In this document: one piece after another, positions 27,327 to 42,400 of the stretch
Layout of the letters: each line of letters starts with the position of its first letter
How positions within the stretch are numbered: position 1 is the stretch's first letter
From: the human T2T-CHM13v2.0 reference genome, Homo sapiens
Direction: 5' to 3' (one strand)
NCBI RefSeq assembly: GCF_009914755.1
Contig: NC_060934.1
DNA length: 64,000 nt
The notes under the pieces: model-generated
Database searches by the model: none
What the model saw: only the letters and a program-made list of their open reading frames with translations
Told to the model about the DNA's origin: nothing
Translations under genes and position numbers: made by a program

Positions 27327-28354
27327 CCAGGAAAGCGTGTGTGAATGTGACAGAGTGCTGGGGGCCCTGAGAAGTCACACCTCTTCCATTGGCTTCTGGG
27401 GCCACCAGGACAGGAGGACTTCCCCCAGCCTTGCGCAGCCTGCATGCTGGGGACAAGTGGTCAGAGCTCTGCACCACATTGTGGGGACCAGCTGTGGAGA
27501 CAACATTGGTCTCTCTGGCTTTGGGCTTAAGTTGCCTCTGAGCTCATCCCCTTTCTTTTCCTGACATCCTACTGGGAAGCTGCCTGTGGGACCCACACAC
27601 TGGTAACCCTGCTTGGGTTTTAGATCCCTCCAAAGAGGTGGGACAAACACCACTGAGCAAAAGAGCCAGAAACAAAAGGGCACACACTGTTTGCTGCCAG
27701 TGTATGAAGTCCAAGGACAGGCAGAGCCAGCCTTGCTGCTGGGAACCGGATGGCGGCCGCCCGGGGCAGGGGCGTGGATAGGGTCTGGGATGCCGGCGGG
27801 GCATGGCTTCAGAGTGGGCTCCGCTTATAAAACTTCAACTGGCTGAACACTCACGGCATGCACACTTTTCTGTAAGTACAGTCGAGGAAAAGTTAGAGAG
27901 AGAGGAGACACCAGCGTAGCCAACCACTCTCCAGATGCCGAGCTTCCTGGAGACGCCAAGACTGGTTTGCCTTCTGTGGGGGGTGGTTCCCTTCCCATCC
28001 TCTCATAAGCAATAATGATGTTTCCTTTCCTCAGTCAGAAGGAGCCTGTCCTCAGACTTCAGAAGGAGGAGGGAACCCTCCCTTCTCACTCCTCCAACTT
28101 CAGTCCCAGAAGGAGGCTGTGCAGCACGGTCCTCGGACTCCGGGAGGCGGTGCAGATGCATGATGCAGGTTCAATGTCATTAGCCAGGGCAGGATCCTGG
28201 GAGGGAAGCCATCCTTGGTGCTGCGTGGAAAACAGCAAGTGCAGCCCCCACGCACTCCCTGCCCGGGCCTCCCCACTCGCCTTGGGGTTAGACCAGGCTC
28301 CACTGGTCTCATCTTCAAGGATCTCCACAAGCTTCATTGCAGGATTTTTTCCTA

Positions 28355-28890
<536 letters not shown>

Positions 28891-29259
28891 AGCTCTGCAC
28901 AGCGTCCCGGGTGGGTGGGATCACACCAGTATGGGATCCAAGACATATTCCTGCAGCAGTTGATTTCCAGAACTCGGATGAAAACACCACATTAATTCCC
29001 AGGGCAAGCACCAGCCAGACTGAGTTTCACTCCTCATGAGGCCTAATAAGTCTAAATATGTATAACTTCACCTAAAATTAAATCCAGCTTCAAAACAAGC
29101 CCATGCAGTTACATAAGGCAGTGAAATGGGAAGACTGGCTTTCAAAACAAAACCAAAATCATGATCAAGGAGCGAGCGTGGACCTCGTGGGGCTGACCTT
29201 CGAAAGACCCTCTTCGTTCTCTTACTTCCCATTCTATGCACGTAATTTCCCCAGTGTAA

Positions 29260-29569
<310 letters not shown>

Positions 29570-29859
29570 TGACTTGAAGGAGACCCCCAACCCATACAAA
29601 TTCACTCCAAACCACAGACTTGTGGGTTAGGCCTTAGAATTCTAAAATCTGGGGAGACCCTGGGGGCCTTTCTGACTCCAGACCACCCCAACTAGGAAGA
29701 ACCCTGTTGAGACGTGAAAACCAAGAACAAAGAAGTGATGAGGTTGCCCAACCTGTTTTTCTTTTGTTTTTTAGGCCTTAAAATAGTTAATAGTGTATGT
29801 TATTTGAGCCATAATTTCCTTAAAACATTAAGTTTCTCCATTTACATAATGTATTCGCA

Positions 29860-30045
29860 ATAACAGGCCCAGGACTGGAGATGAGGACATAATAGGTTCA
29901 AGAGTTCAAGTCAAATTCCAACCTTTTCTAGTGCTTAGTTTTGTGGGTAAATCCTGTCCCTTCCCTGGGTCTCCCTGTCTCTCTCTGTATAAACTCAAAG
30001 GAGGGGACTGGGGATCACTAAGGTCCTTCTGGTTCTGCAAGTGTC
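29860..30045 (+). mobile_element. MIR/MIR3 fragment
   Basis: CAGGACTGGAG...GGTTCAAG...TCTCTCTGTATAAA...GGACTGGGGATCACTAAGGTCCTTCTGGTTCT. Confidence 0.6.
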
Positions 30046-30843
30046 TCATTTATCCTTCCTGGGTTGGTCCAATTCCAGCTTCAGGTGACCCTCAGCAATA
30101 TGTCTTCTGGCATTGAAAAGCCAGGCTCCTGGAACCTCACTGCCGCCACTGACTCAGTGGGTCTCACTGCTGTGAACTTGGAGTCCACCAAACCACATGC
30201 CCCTGAGGGGCCACTGTGTGCCCCACCCCACGGTCACACAACGTGCATGGGAGCCTCCCAAAATACAGCCACTCCCACCACCCACCATCTTACCCAGTGC
30301 CACAGGGCCCGGGCAGCAGTGAACAGAGGGTGTCGTTGCAACTGGAACTGCAGCACCTTTTCTTCCCCGGATGGATTCTATGAGTTTTCCAACATAGGAA
30401 GGGGTGTTGGGCTGGACATGGATTAAAGCGAGGTGCTGCCTGCCATTTCCTGTCCCGAGGAAGCAGAGAAGGAGAGGCCACGTGTCCTCGCCACTGGGCA
30501 GGCAGGGTCTTTCCTGACTCCCGGCCATAAAGAAACCAAAATCCCCGGGACTTTTGGGTCCTGAGGAAAGTCAGTTTTGTCCTCAGGGGTGAGGCTTGTA
30601 TCTAGAAGCTCCTTACGTGGTTCCCTGTGAACGCATCTCTGCTTCTTCCGTGAGGAAACTGAGGCATGCAGGTGTCCACCTACTCTGTGGCCGTATCAAT
30701 CGGGGGCTGATGCATACACAAGAGGGGACTTTCAGAAAGGCAGCAGGCAACCAGGGAGGCAGAGCTGTGCACCAGAAGGAAACCCGCTCCTTCCTGAAAG
30801 GCAGGCACAGGATGCCATCAACTGGGGAACCCCGGGAGGTACA

Positions 30844-31407
<564 letters not shown>

Positions 31408-31737
31408 CTGGGCCAGCACTTTCATGCCCAGTTAACAGCCTTTGGGGCTGGGCAGGAGCTGGGGTGTGTGCACCCCACACATACAAAGTCTCCACCTACC
31501 TCTCGGTCAGGCCATCCCTTAGCGTTGCTCCCCTGTGATGTGGTTTCTCCATCTTACGCTGTGGTGACACAGGGCTCCCCCACCAACCCACGGTCACTCA
31601 GCAATGGCCTGTGGGGTAGGTGCTCACACCCCCAAGGCTCCAGGAGGGCACCCCGGGCACCTGCAGTGACTTCTCTTATTGTAGATGTGGTTTCGAGGAT
31701 GGACGAAAAACCTAAATGAATCCTTTCAGAGGGAAAC

Positions 31738-32087
31738 TTGGGGCTTTGCTCTATGTTTAGGGGAAGGTTCACTCTCAAACCCCGGCCTGCCGTGAGGGCA
31801 GATGTCTCCCTCCTCCTGCATGTGAACAAGGATGCTCATGGTCCAGGAGGTGCTGGCAGCCACTTTATCACCATGAGGGAAGCAGGCTGAGAATTAACCT
31901 GACCCACAGGGAGCATCACAGATAACTCGACCTGCAGCCTCATAGGATCAAGAGCTTTGGAGAAAATCAACCCAGATGCCTGAACTTCCTTGGTGTGTTT
32001 TAGCTGTGGGAGCTGACAAAGCCCTTGTTGACAGTCGTTGGATGTGGATGTTCTGTAGCTGGACTGTGAAGCACTCTAATAAAATCA
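31738..32087 (+). mobile_element. Old MaLR LTR fragment (MLT1J/K/L-like); first about 230 bp duplicated at 33309-33509
   Basis: GGCAGCCACTTTATCACCATGAGG motif and an MLT1-type 3' end (...GAAGCACTCTAATAAAATCA). Confidence 0.6.
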
Positions 32088-34189
32088 CCTTTAGAAACTT
32101 TTACTCTTTTCATGGCTTTATGACGACGCAGGAGGTAAAGATGGTGTGCTTTCTACAACAGTAACCCCTCCCTTCCAACCAGATTGCCACACCAAGTCCT
32201 CCCACACAGACATTCCCGGGGCACCGGACAGGAGCCCCCAAAAGGCCCATCAGAACAACCCAGCATGTCCCCACAACATCCAGAGACCTTCCGTGCTCGT
32301 TACAGATTCTCAGGCAGAAGGAGCAACGTCGTGAAGGAGATACTCCAGGAAGATTGCCTGACAGCATTCACTATGCAGAAGCCATTGAGAATCAGAGCCA
32401 TCGGCTGGGAGGCAGGAACAGTGAGTGATCAGCTGAGGAAGGCCCCATGGAGGTCAAGGAAGGGGAAGGCATCCCAGAGACACTGCAAGGAGGAAGGGCT
32501 GGCAGCATTAGGACAAAGGGGACATGTCAGTCACGGGCACAGAAGAGGGTGAAACCGAAAGGCCACGCATGCTGGGAAGACGAATTGGCAGCTGGGTTCA
32601 ATGAACCACCATGCCCTCAAGGTTAAAATTCAGAAAGATCTATTTTGGTCTTAGATCATTTGCAGTTTTGTTAGGTTTGTTTTGCCCGATAGGGTGGGCA
32701 GGGAGGGGGAGGTTGCATTCGAGTCGTAAGTGGGATGATTTCTGGGAACGAGAGCCTGAGAAATTCCTTCTCTGCTCAAGGCAGCAGGGGCAGAGGAGAC
32801 AGGATTCCCATGCTTCACTCTCAAACCCCGGCCAGCCGTGCGGGCAGATGTCACCAGTGCCTGCTGCTGGCAATACCACTTGGCTCCTTAAATGGTAAAT
32901 TCTGCTAAGAAGGTCTCCCTTTTCCAGGAGATATTTTAAAACAAATGCAGTGGACATTTCCCTTCAAAATGAGATGCATTCTGTCAAGCAGCTGGCATTC
33001 ATTAGGAAACTAGAGACAAAAAGTATCACAATCAAATGACACCATTTGACAGAGGAGGAAACTGAGCCCCAGAAGTCCAGTGGCAGAGCTGGACCTCCAC
33101 TCAGCTCTCCTGGGTCCCCCACAAGGGCCAAGGTGACCGGCTCCCTCTGCCATCCCAGCACCATTATCACATGCACCACCCATCCCATCACTCTGGAAAG
33201 GGCCTGATCTGGACAACGAATTACTTGTCCATTCTGACTCTAACCCACTACCTCCAGGACTTAAGGAACTAGGAAAGCAAAGAATGGAAAACCAGCAAGT
33301 CCTCTTCTTTGGGGGCTTTGTTCTATGTCTGGGGGATGTGAAGCCATCTCCCTCCTAGATATGAACGAAGACACATGTGGCCTGGAAGGTGTTGGCAGCC
33401 ACTTTATCACCATGAGGGAAGCAGTTTGAGGACTCACCTGACCTACAGGGAGAATCACAGATAACTCCACCTGCATCTTCCTAAGAGTGAGAACCTTGGA
33501 GAAAGTCAATTCAAACACTTGCCTTCCCTCAGGAGTCAGTTCTGAGAGCTGCCAAGGAGAGGGCAGGATCAGGGTGAAAAATGACTTGGGTCTCAGACCC
33601 AGAACATTCTACTGGCTGCCTCCAGGACTCAGTGGGGGGCTAGGAAGGGTTCTCCATCTTCCAAGGGTGTGGAGTGTGCTGTGGGTCACTCAGAACCTCC
33701 CTCTCCTCTTCTGTGATCAGCGGATCTTGTCCAGCCCCTCTCCACTGCTGGCTCACTCAGCGCCCTCCCCCACCCAGAAACTGCTGGGCTCACCTACTGA
33801 GCTATGTGATCCCTAAGAAGCTGTCAGAGCTGTACAAGTCTCACAATTCCTTACTCACTAAGCACTGGCAAGCGCAAGCTCCAGGGCGTGGCTGTCAGCA
33901 CTCTGCACCTTCCTGGAACTGTCGGGGGAGCATACGGTCAGCAGCACCATGCACATCCTTATTGTGCAGCTCAGGAGTCCAAAGCCAAGAACAAGACGGT
34001 GAAGACAGCCCAAGAAGGCTTTTCGGTGCAGTCAATGTCTGACATTTATGATGCACCCACTCACCGGGGACACCGAGTCACATCTGAGCCTCATTTTTTC
34101 TTCTGGGAAGACATGCACACTGCCCGACTCATATCATTCACCTTTGGACAGGCAAAGGAGGGAAGGAGGCAAGGCAGGTGCTTCTTTCT

Positions 34190-34369
34190 AAAAAAAAAAA
34201 AAAAAAGAAAGAAAGGATAATAAAGAGAGAAAGAAGGAGGGAAGGAAGGGAAGGGAAGGGAATAAAGGAGAAGAAGGAAAGAAAAAGAATGAAAGAAGGA
34301 AGGAAGGAGAGAGAGAGAAAGAAAAAGAAAGAGAAAAGAAAGAAAACAAAAGAAAGGAAGGAGAAAGGA

Positions 34370-34425
<56 letters not shown>

Positions 34426-34462
34426 AGGAGAGAGAGAAAGAAAGAGAAAGAAAGAAAGAAAT
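34190..34462. repeat. A-rich/(GAAA)n polypurine tract
   Basis: Direct reading. Confidence 0.95.
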
Positions 34463-35181
34463 CAAGCAAGCAAGCACGCACGCACGCACGGCCCAGGAAG
34501 AGAAAACCAGTGAGTCCTCTCTAAACGGTGAATCAGAGTCAGTGGCATAGCCAGGGACAAAGTCCAACTTGCCTCTGCCCGGATCTCCGTCTGCTGCCAT
34601 CTCCGGAGGCCACACGGCCTGCCCCTCCCCTGCTCGCTCCTCATTCTCTGATGACAGGTGGTATGAGTGGCTACTCACCACTCTGACAGCCTCTCAGCAG
34701 CAGACTGTACCCTGGGTTTGCAGGTAGAGCCTGAGTTACACCTCCTGAATGCATTACACATCACAACACTGTCACCACACTCTCTTTTGACCTAAAGAAA
34801 CCCTGCACTGGGTGACCTCCAAGAAGCCATCTGCCTCTGATGCTTCTAGGTTAGGCAGCAGGGCTGGGAGAGTGGTAATATAAACCCCTTCTTTCCACTG
34901 GGGCCTTTTGGTTTCAGTCCTTGGAAATATTATTTGTAAAAGAACTTAAAATGCACTCACTTTGGGGAAATGCTCAGATTCAGGAGACCCCCCGATGGGA
35001 CATGGAGAGAAGCCGGGGTCCTGGGGAGGCACCACCTGCCTTGCCTCTTTCTGCACCCCAGCACCCAGCCCAGGCCTGGCACACAGCAGGGAGGGCTGGC
35101 TGGATGCTTCCTAAGCGAGTGGTTATTCTCTAAGTGGATACAACCAATGTGCCGGCCAAACAGATGCACTGGAGCCTCTAG

Positions 35182-35541
<360 letters not shown>

Positions 35542-36393
35542 TCTAGTGCAGGGGCTACCAGGTGACCAGAGTTTTTATTCTTGGTCACTTTAGCACAAAA
35601 ATAGAGAAAAGTGGCCTCAGTGAACCTTATCTGTACCTCATTTCATCCTTGCAGACATCCCCAGGCTCTGCAGGACCAGCGAGTGAGAGGAACCACGCAC
35701 ATACCTGGCAACAGCAGTCTGGGGTTGGTGTGCCCGTCTGTAATGGCTGCATGTGGTACATTTGATTCTATGAGCGCGTGTCTAATGTGAGTTTCAGGAA
35801 GGCGACAGCTGTGCCATGAAGAATGGATGACTCACCTCTCTGCACCAGCCTCGCCAGCGTGCAGGCCTGTGTGGTGCCGTCCAGAGCCCAGGGCTCAGCA
35901 TGAATGAGGAACGCACGTACCTGAAGTCGGGTTCCCATTCCAGCCCTTCCCCACCCAGCTTCTACTGACTTCCAACCACTGCGAAGAGAAACGTGTTGTC
36001 TCTGGCTAATTCCCTCTCTCGACCTTCTTAAGCAAACCTCCAGGAAAGGCTGCAGAAGGGGACCTGTGAGGTTTGCAGATGGCATCAGAAGGCTGAGAGA
36101 CAAGTGTCCTCCAGCCTCACCAGCAAGATTTCCTGTGCCCTTCCCATCTCCACTTCCCCACCCTGCAGGCTCCCTGCAGGCAACCTTTCTGTCCCCTTCC
36201 CTCCTCCCCCACTATGTTTTCCTGCCCCTTATTCATCATTCACTGGACATTCTGAGCACCCATCTTGGCTAGATTTCAAGGCACTGAGGATTCAAAAGGA
36301 GAGTCAGGCATTGCCCCTGCCCTCAAGGTGAAAGCTGGAGCTCAGCTGGGAGAAAAGAACCTGCCTTCAAGTGACATCAAAAGTTGCAGGGGT

Positions 36394-36722
36394 GGCCAGG
36401 CATGGCGGTTCATGCCTGTAAATCCCAGCACCTTGGGAGGCAAGGCGGGAGGATCAGTTGAGCCCAAGAATTCAGGAGCAGCCTGGACAACATGGCAAAA
36501 CCTTGTCTTTAGAAAAAAATACAAAACAAAAACAAACCAAAAAAATAAAGCCAGGCACGGTGGCACACGCCTGTAGTCTCAGCTACTTGGGAGGCTCAGG
36601 TGGGAGGATCACCTGAGCCCAGGAGATCAAGGCTGCAGTGAGCCGAGATCACACCACTGCACTCCAGCCTAGGCTACAGAGTGAGACCCTATCTCAAAAA
36701 AAAAAAAAGAAAGAAAGAAAAG
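36394..36722 (+). mobile_element. Alu (AluJ) inserted into an L2 remnant
   Basis: TSD AAAG(T/C)TGCAGGGG; antisense L2 tail at about 36230-36380. Confidence 0.93.
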
Positions 36723-36918
36723 AAAGCTGCAGGGGAGGGTTCAGGGAAGCTGTGTAGAAGCTGAGTCCCTGTCCACTTCTTTTGCCTGTGAGCAGTCTGA
36801 AGACTTGGCCGATTGAGGGAAATCTTTACTGCTTTGGGTCTTACTTGGAAACCCGAAGGCTTAGCTGGGTATGAGGCTGCAGCAGTCCTGGTTCTGCTAT
36901 CTTAAAAGTATGTCTGTG

Positions 36919-37245
<327 letters not shown>

Positions 37246-38589
37246 CTACCCCACCCTCCACCGGGAAAAGTTCTTCAGCACTAGGCCCCATGGGAGACGG
37301 ACTCCGAAGTCCCCTCCAGTTCTCTGCTATACTCACCTTCTCCTCCCTGCAAGCAAACAGAAGGAAAGATGCACGTTTCCAAGGGCGGGCAGAGGTCTCC
37401 AGTCCCCTCCCCGACCACACGGTTTCCTCCTCCGCAGCCCTACTCCAGTGAACCCCGGGCTCTGTGTGACATCAAAGGCTGGGGTGAGAGAAGTGCTACC
37501 CCCTGCTCCCCAGCCTAAGCGCCTGGATGGGGGACTAGGGGCCAGAGGGGGACGCAGGTCCCAGCTCCCATCTGTGCCAGGGCACAAGGCACTCCTTCCC
37601 CTAGGCAGGAAGCATTTGCTCCCCTAAGCAGGTCTTTCTTCCAGAAGCCTTGCTTATCACAGGCAAATTCACCCACCCTGAAGCTGCAGGCCATAGTGGG
37701 GGCAGGGAGGAGATTTATATGGCCTTCTAGCTAAAGCTTGGGACCACTCTGTGGAAGGTTTTTCAGGAAATCAAGGTCTGCCAGGAACCAGGAACCTGGT
37801 TGCGTTTAGCTGTGCACACTGGCCTTGACGGTCATGGAACAGTCCAGAAATGCACCACCCTGATCCACCCTAGGGCCAGTATTTTGGTTAGGTGTGTTTT
37901 GCACCATCTCATCAGTAACCCTGTGGTTTCCAAATGCCTCCTCCCTGCCCCTGTTCCACTAGGGCCCTCTGCCTGGGGCCAAAATAAACACTGGGAATTG
38001 GAACAGAGGAGGACTTTTCCAAGGGAGCGGCCACTGCCTCTTTTTCTCCACAGAGCCACCACCTGCATTTTAGCTGCTCACGCCAGCTGAGCTAAGGGCC
38101 AGCTCCAGCTCCTGGCTGCTAAGATTCCTCCAGTTTCCTTAGATTGTCAGCCTGGGACATGCCAATGTGTTTCATCTATCTCAAACCACAGAGCGCCATA
38201 ATGAACAGACACATGGAGAAACTGGTGTCTTTCCCCCACCATCCCAAATGTGGGTCTCTCCGCCCACCAGCCTGGGAAACAAGGGAAAATGATTAACAGA
38301 CACTCTAATTAGGGCATGGTTGAGCCTGTGGGGATCAAGGATGGGCTTTGGTTTCCTTGGGGAAGAATGTTGCTTTCACTATGCTGGATAAAGTGCTGGA
38401 ATTTCACAGATCTCAGATTTCATAACCAAAGCTGGGATTCATTCCATGCTTTCCTGAAGTAACCAAACTCAAGCTATAGAATCTTAACCAAGTTAACAGA
38501 TACATCCCATCCTTACCAATATTTGGAAGGGACCCTAATTAGCAATTCATTGTCATTCTTCTTGGTTGTGGTGTTTTAGCCATTTCTTC

Positions 38590-38908
38590 TTTTCTTTTTT
38601 TTCTCTTTTTTTCTTTTTTTTTTTTTTGTGATGGAGTCTTGCTCTGTCGCCCAGGCTGGAGTGCAGTGATGCAATCTCGGCTCACTGCAACCTCTGCCTC
38701 CCTCTTCAAGCAATTCTCCTGCCTCAGCCTCCTGGGTAGCTGGGAATACTGGCACACGCCACCACGCCCTGCTAATTTTTGTATTTTTAGTAGAGACAGG
38801 GTTTCACCATGTTGGTCAGGCGGGTCTCGAACTCCTGACCTCAGGCAATCCGTCCGCCTCGGCCTCCCAAAGTGCTGGGATTACAGGCATGAGCCACCGT
38901 GCCTGGCC
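38590..38908 (-). mobile_element. Alu (AluS)
   Basis: Full length antisense. Confidence 0.96.
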
Positions 38909-39967
38909 CTTCCTTCCTTCCTTCTTTCCTTCCTTCTTTCCTTCCTTTCATTGTTAGCCCAAATGTCCATTTTGTTTCCCAAAGTATTCAGATAGAGTAA
39001 GTTACTAAACCATATGGTCACTTTTTCTGTTTGTCATTCAATGACCACAGTCAGCAGGTTAAAGCCAGGCTCTAACTTAAACACAGAGGCTACTTCAATA
39101 GGCCTGTTTTTCTCAGAAACATGAACATCTTCACTGAAAAGCCGTAGTTAGGTTCCTGTACACGTCACGTTGTATTGACACAGGAGGATGTGTAAACCTA
39201 GCCCAAAGCTTTAGGAAGAAGCAGCTCTCAGGGAGGATGCTGGAAAGCGCCCAGGGAAAGCACACCATGACCGCAGCAGGCACCCACAGACCCAGCATCA
39301 GAGCGCAGCTCTGTGAATGGTAATTTATTCCACGGTGACTGCAGGCCAGGCCTGTGCTGAGCAAGTTTATATTTTATTTCATTCTCCCAACAGCCTCTGA
39401 AATATTTTTATCTCCATATCCAAACCCATGCATTCACAGGCCCAGCCCCATCCAGCCTGGCCTCTCTGGTGTCCAGGCTTGGACTCTTAACCCCTGGGGT
39501 CCTGGGTTTGTCATCTGACTCCCGGACTCAGGGACTGCTGATGAGCTTCTTTTCTTCCAGGGTTTCAGCCTCCTTGTTTTGCAGTGGGTATCATGGTCAG
39601 CCATTCACCCAGGGAACGTCCATGGCCCGTGCCTGGCACCGCACTTAGGTAGCCAATGGGCCATGCTCTGAGCAGACTCCGGGTTGTTACAGAGATTAAG
39701 TGAGCTGATGTCCAGGGGTCACTCAGCACAGTGCCTGCCCATAGCTGGCACCCTGGATGGCAGCTAGCACGGCAGCTCCACAAAGCCTTCCGGGACCCCT
39801 AGACTCTCTTCTTCTGCACCAACTCCAGGACTTCATTTAGCCCCTATCATAAGCACAACTCTGCCCCTGCTTGCTAAGGCCCAGCTCTGACGCACCTTGT
39901 GTCAATGGTCAGTGTCTGGCAAAGGGCTTGTGGCAGAGAAGAGGCTCCAACATGTGGGTGGTCGGCT

Positions 39968-40380
39968 CCCCGAGTGCCGCCGATGCCCTGAGTGCCGTCC
40001 ACCCCCCGGAGTGCCGCCCGCCTCGCTGAGTGCCGCCCATCCCCCTGAGTGCCACCCACCCCGCCGAGTGCCGCCCACCCAGCCGAGTGCCGTCCACCCC
40101 CCCGAGTGCCGCCCACCCCCCCGAGTGCCGCCCACCCCCCGAGTGCCGCCCACCCAGCCGAGTGCCGTCCACCCCCCCGAGTGCCGTCCACCCCCCCGAG
40201 TGCCGCCCACCCCCCGAGTGCCGCCCACCCAGCCGAGTGCCGTCCACCCCCCCGAGTGCCGCCCACCCCCCGAGTGCCGCCCACCCCCCCGAGTGCCGCC
40301 CACCCCCCCGAGTGCCGCCCACCCCCCGAGTGCCGCCCACCCCCCGAGTGCCGTCCACCCCCCGAGTGCTGTCCACCCAC
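39968..40380. repeat. CpG-rich 18-19 bp VNTR (GAGTGCCGCCCACCCCCC[C]), 22 units
   Basis: 22 GAGTGC starts counted; the source of six spurious Gly/Pro-rich ORFs. Confidence 0.97.
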
Positions 40381-41595
40381 AACACGGTGCTGCCTCTCTT
40401 GCCAAGGCAAATTAAGACACCCTTTGGTACAGAATGAAACCGTTCTCTTTGAAGAACTGCATGTTTCCCCCAGTCATTTTTGTCCTGGGGGAGTCAAGTG
40501 TTTTTACGGACCCTTGAAGCTTGAGGACACTCTGGCATCACCCATTGTTGGGGTGACTTTCTGGTGATTATCAGTGAGCAAACTTCAAGGCCAGCTCCGA
40601 TTAGGAAAATCTGCCAAGTGTGAGTTTCCTTGGAGCTAGGACTGGGCAGAGACCCCTGGTCCTTGGTCCGTAGGGAAGCTGGGGGATTTGGGGGGTAAGT
40701 AATGAGATCATGTCTGCAGAGGCCCCCAGCCTCTTGGAAGAAGATTCCGCTGTAATTTCTTGGAAAAAGCCAACTCCTTCCAGCCCTTTCTGCTCACACC
40801 ATCTCAGTTTTCCTGTCTGGCTGCAGCCACCAACAGCAGCCACAGGACCTCGCCAAATTTCCATTTACTTGCTCTCTGGTCTTCTCATGCTGGCGCAGTC
40901 CTCCCCTCCGGACCACGAGAGCCAAGTGTAAATTGTGTGGTCCCAGCAATCATTCAATCCTGCAGATAGCTGTGTTAAGGGTGTCTGGGGACCTGGGGAA
41001 GGAGTGTGTTTTGTGTTTTGTTTTTATGCATTTCCTCACTCTGTCTGGATATGGGGATCTGGGGAGGGAGAGAGAAGGTAGGCTTTCTTCACAGGGGATG
41101 CTTACCTACTGGCGAGCACAGCGATCTGAGCTTTGGGGGCCTCCGTCGGCCCTCAGTGATGTGTGGTTTCCCTCATTGGCCTTCACTGGGGTTCCCCTCA
41201 GTGCACTAAGGTGGACATGGGAGAAAAAGCCCCGTGGCCCCCTAAACAAATCGACCCCAGATGCCATGGGACAGGGTTCCAATCCCGCCTCTCGTGTTGG
41301 TTTTCTTGGTGATGAACGACAAATCCCTTTTCATTTCTAGTTCTGATCCCCTCATCTTGGAGGTGCTTGTCCCTGTCTGGCATCCCACAATTTTCTATGG
41401 GAATGTGAAGATGCTTCAGCGGGGCTGCTGCCCTAAGGAGCATCTGGGGCAGGTGGACCAGGGTGGATGCATCAGTCGTGAGGACAGTGAAGGGCCGCGG
41501 ATGCGGCAGTAGAGAGGAGGGCTGGCTGGAGAAGATGGGAGAGCGGCAGTTCCCACGCAGAACAGCAGCAGGAGGGCCGGGGAAGATGAGCTGGA

Positions 41596-41700
41596 CAGGT
41601 AAGTATGGCGGGCAAGCGGGTAAGCAGGTGAGCAAGTAAGCAGGTAGGCAGGTGAGCAAGTAAGCAGGTAGGCAGGCGGGCAGGTAGGCAGGGAAGCAGG
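41596..41700 (+). repeat. 8-bp-period degenerate repeat (GCAGGTAA/GCAGGTGA/GCAGGTAG)
   Basis: Direct reading. Confidence 0.85.
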
Positions 41701-42174
41701 CCCTTGAATACTGTGCTAAGGAGTTTGGGTTTTACCTTGAGGGTGAAGAGTTCTTAGTGGGATGTTGGTGGAGCCTGGCAAAACCAGAGGCACAGAGATG
41801 CTGCCAACTCATCTTGCAGAGCGCGTCTCAGACATTCCTAGCAAAGAGAAGGCCCTGGGAAATCCAGTGACTCTGAAACCTTCATGCAGAGATGTGCGTG
41901 GAGATCTCTAGAAAGGGCTGGAGCCAGAGGGATAATTTCCGAAAGCTTCACAGATGCTGTGCTTCTGAGCAAAGTCCACACTCTGCATCTGGGCAGTGCA
42001 CACGCAACCATGCACCAACCACACCACTCTTTGCAAGGACCTCAGCTCCTCGCCCAAACGCCACAGGGCAAGCCCAGGCAGGGCTCAGCATTCCACTCTG
42101 AAGGTGAAGCCATGTGCTTTAAAAGAAGGCAGAGGCTCTGTGGCTGTTTCTCTTCCCCTCGCTGGGAGGTGGGA

Positions 42175-42400
42175 CAGGGTAGTGGTTAAGCGTGGGTTCC
42201 ATCATCCAACATCTAGGTGGCAATCCCAGCTCTACTGTTTAACAGTGTGTGCCCTTATATGCATTTCTTAATTTCTCCGGGCCTCTTTCCTCATTATCAA
42301 ACTCAGGATTGAGCGGATTTCTCTACTCTCTACACCTAGAAAGTAGTGGGTGTACCTCACTACATGGCTCGTCAGAAGACTACAATAAAATGTGCTGTTA
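42175..42400 (+). mobile_element. MIR
   Basis: GTAGTGGTTAAGCGTGGG...AATCCCAGCTCTACTGTTTAACAGTGTGTGCCCTT...TTTCCTCATT. Confidence 0.75.

Noticed and set aside
27750-27895. GC box plus TTATAAAA resembling a TATA promoter
   Set aside because: The downstream sequence resembles a decayed L1M 3' end; no CpG island or exon follows.
39874-40567. Gly-rich and Pro-rich ORFs, and a CRISPR-like appearance
   Set aside because: Contiguous tandem units with no unique spacers, in mammalian DNA with no cas genes; the ORFs are repeat artefacts.
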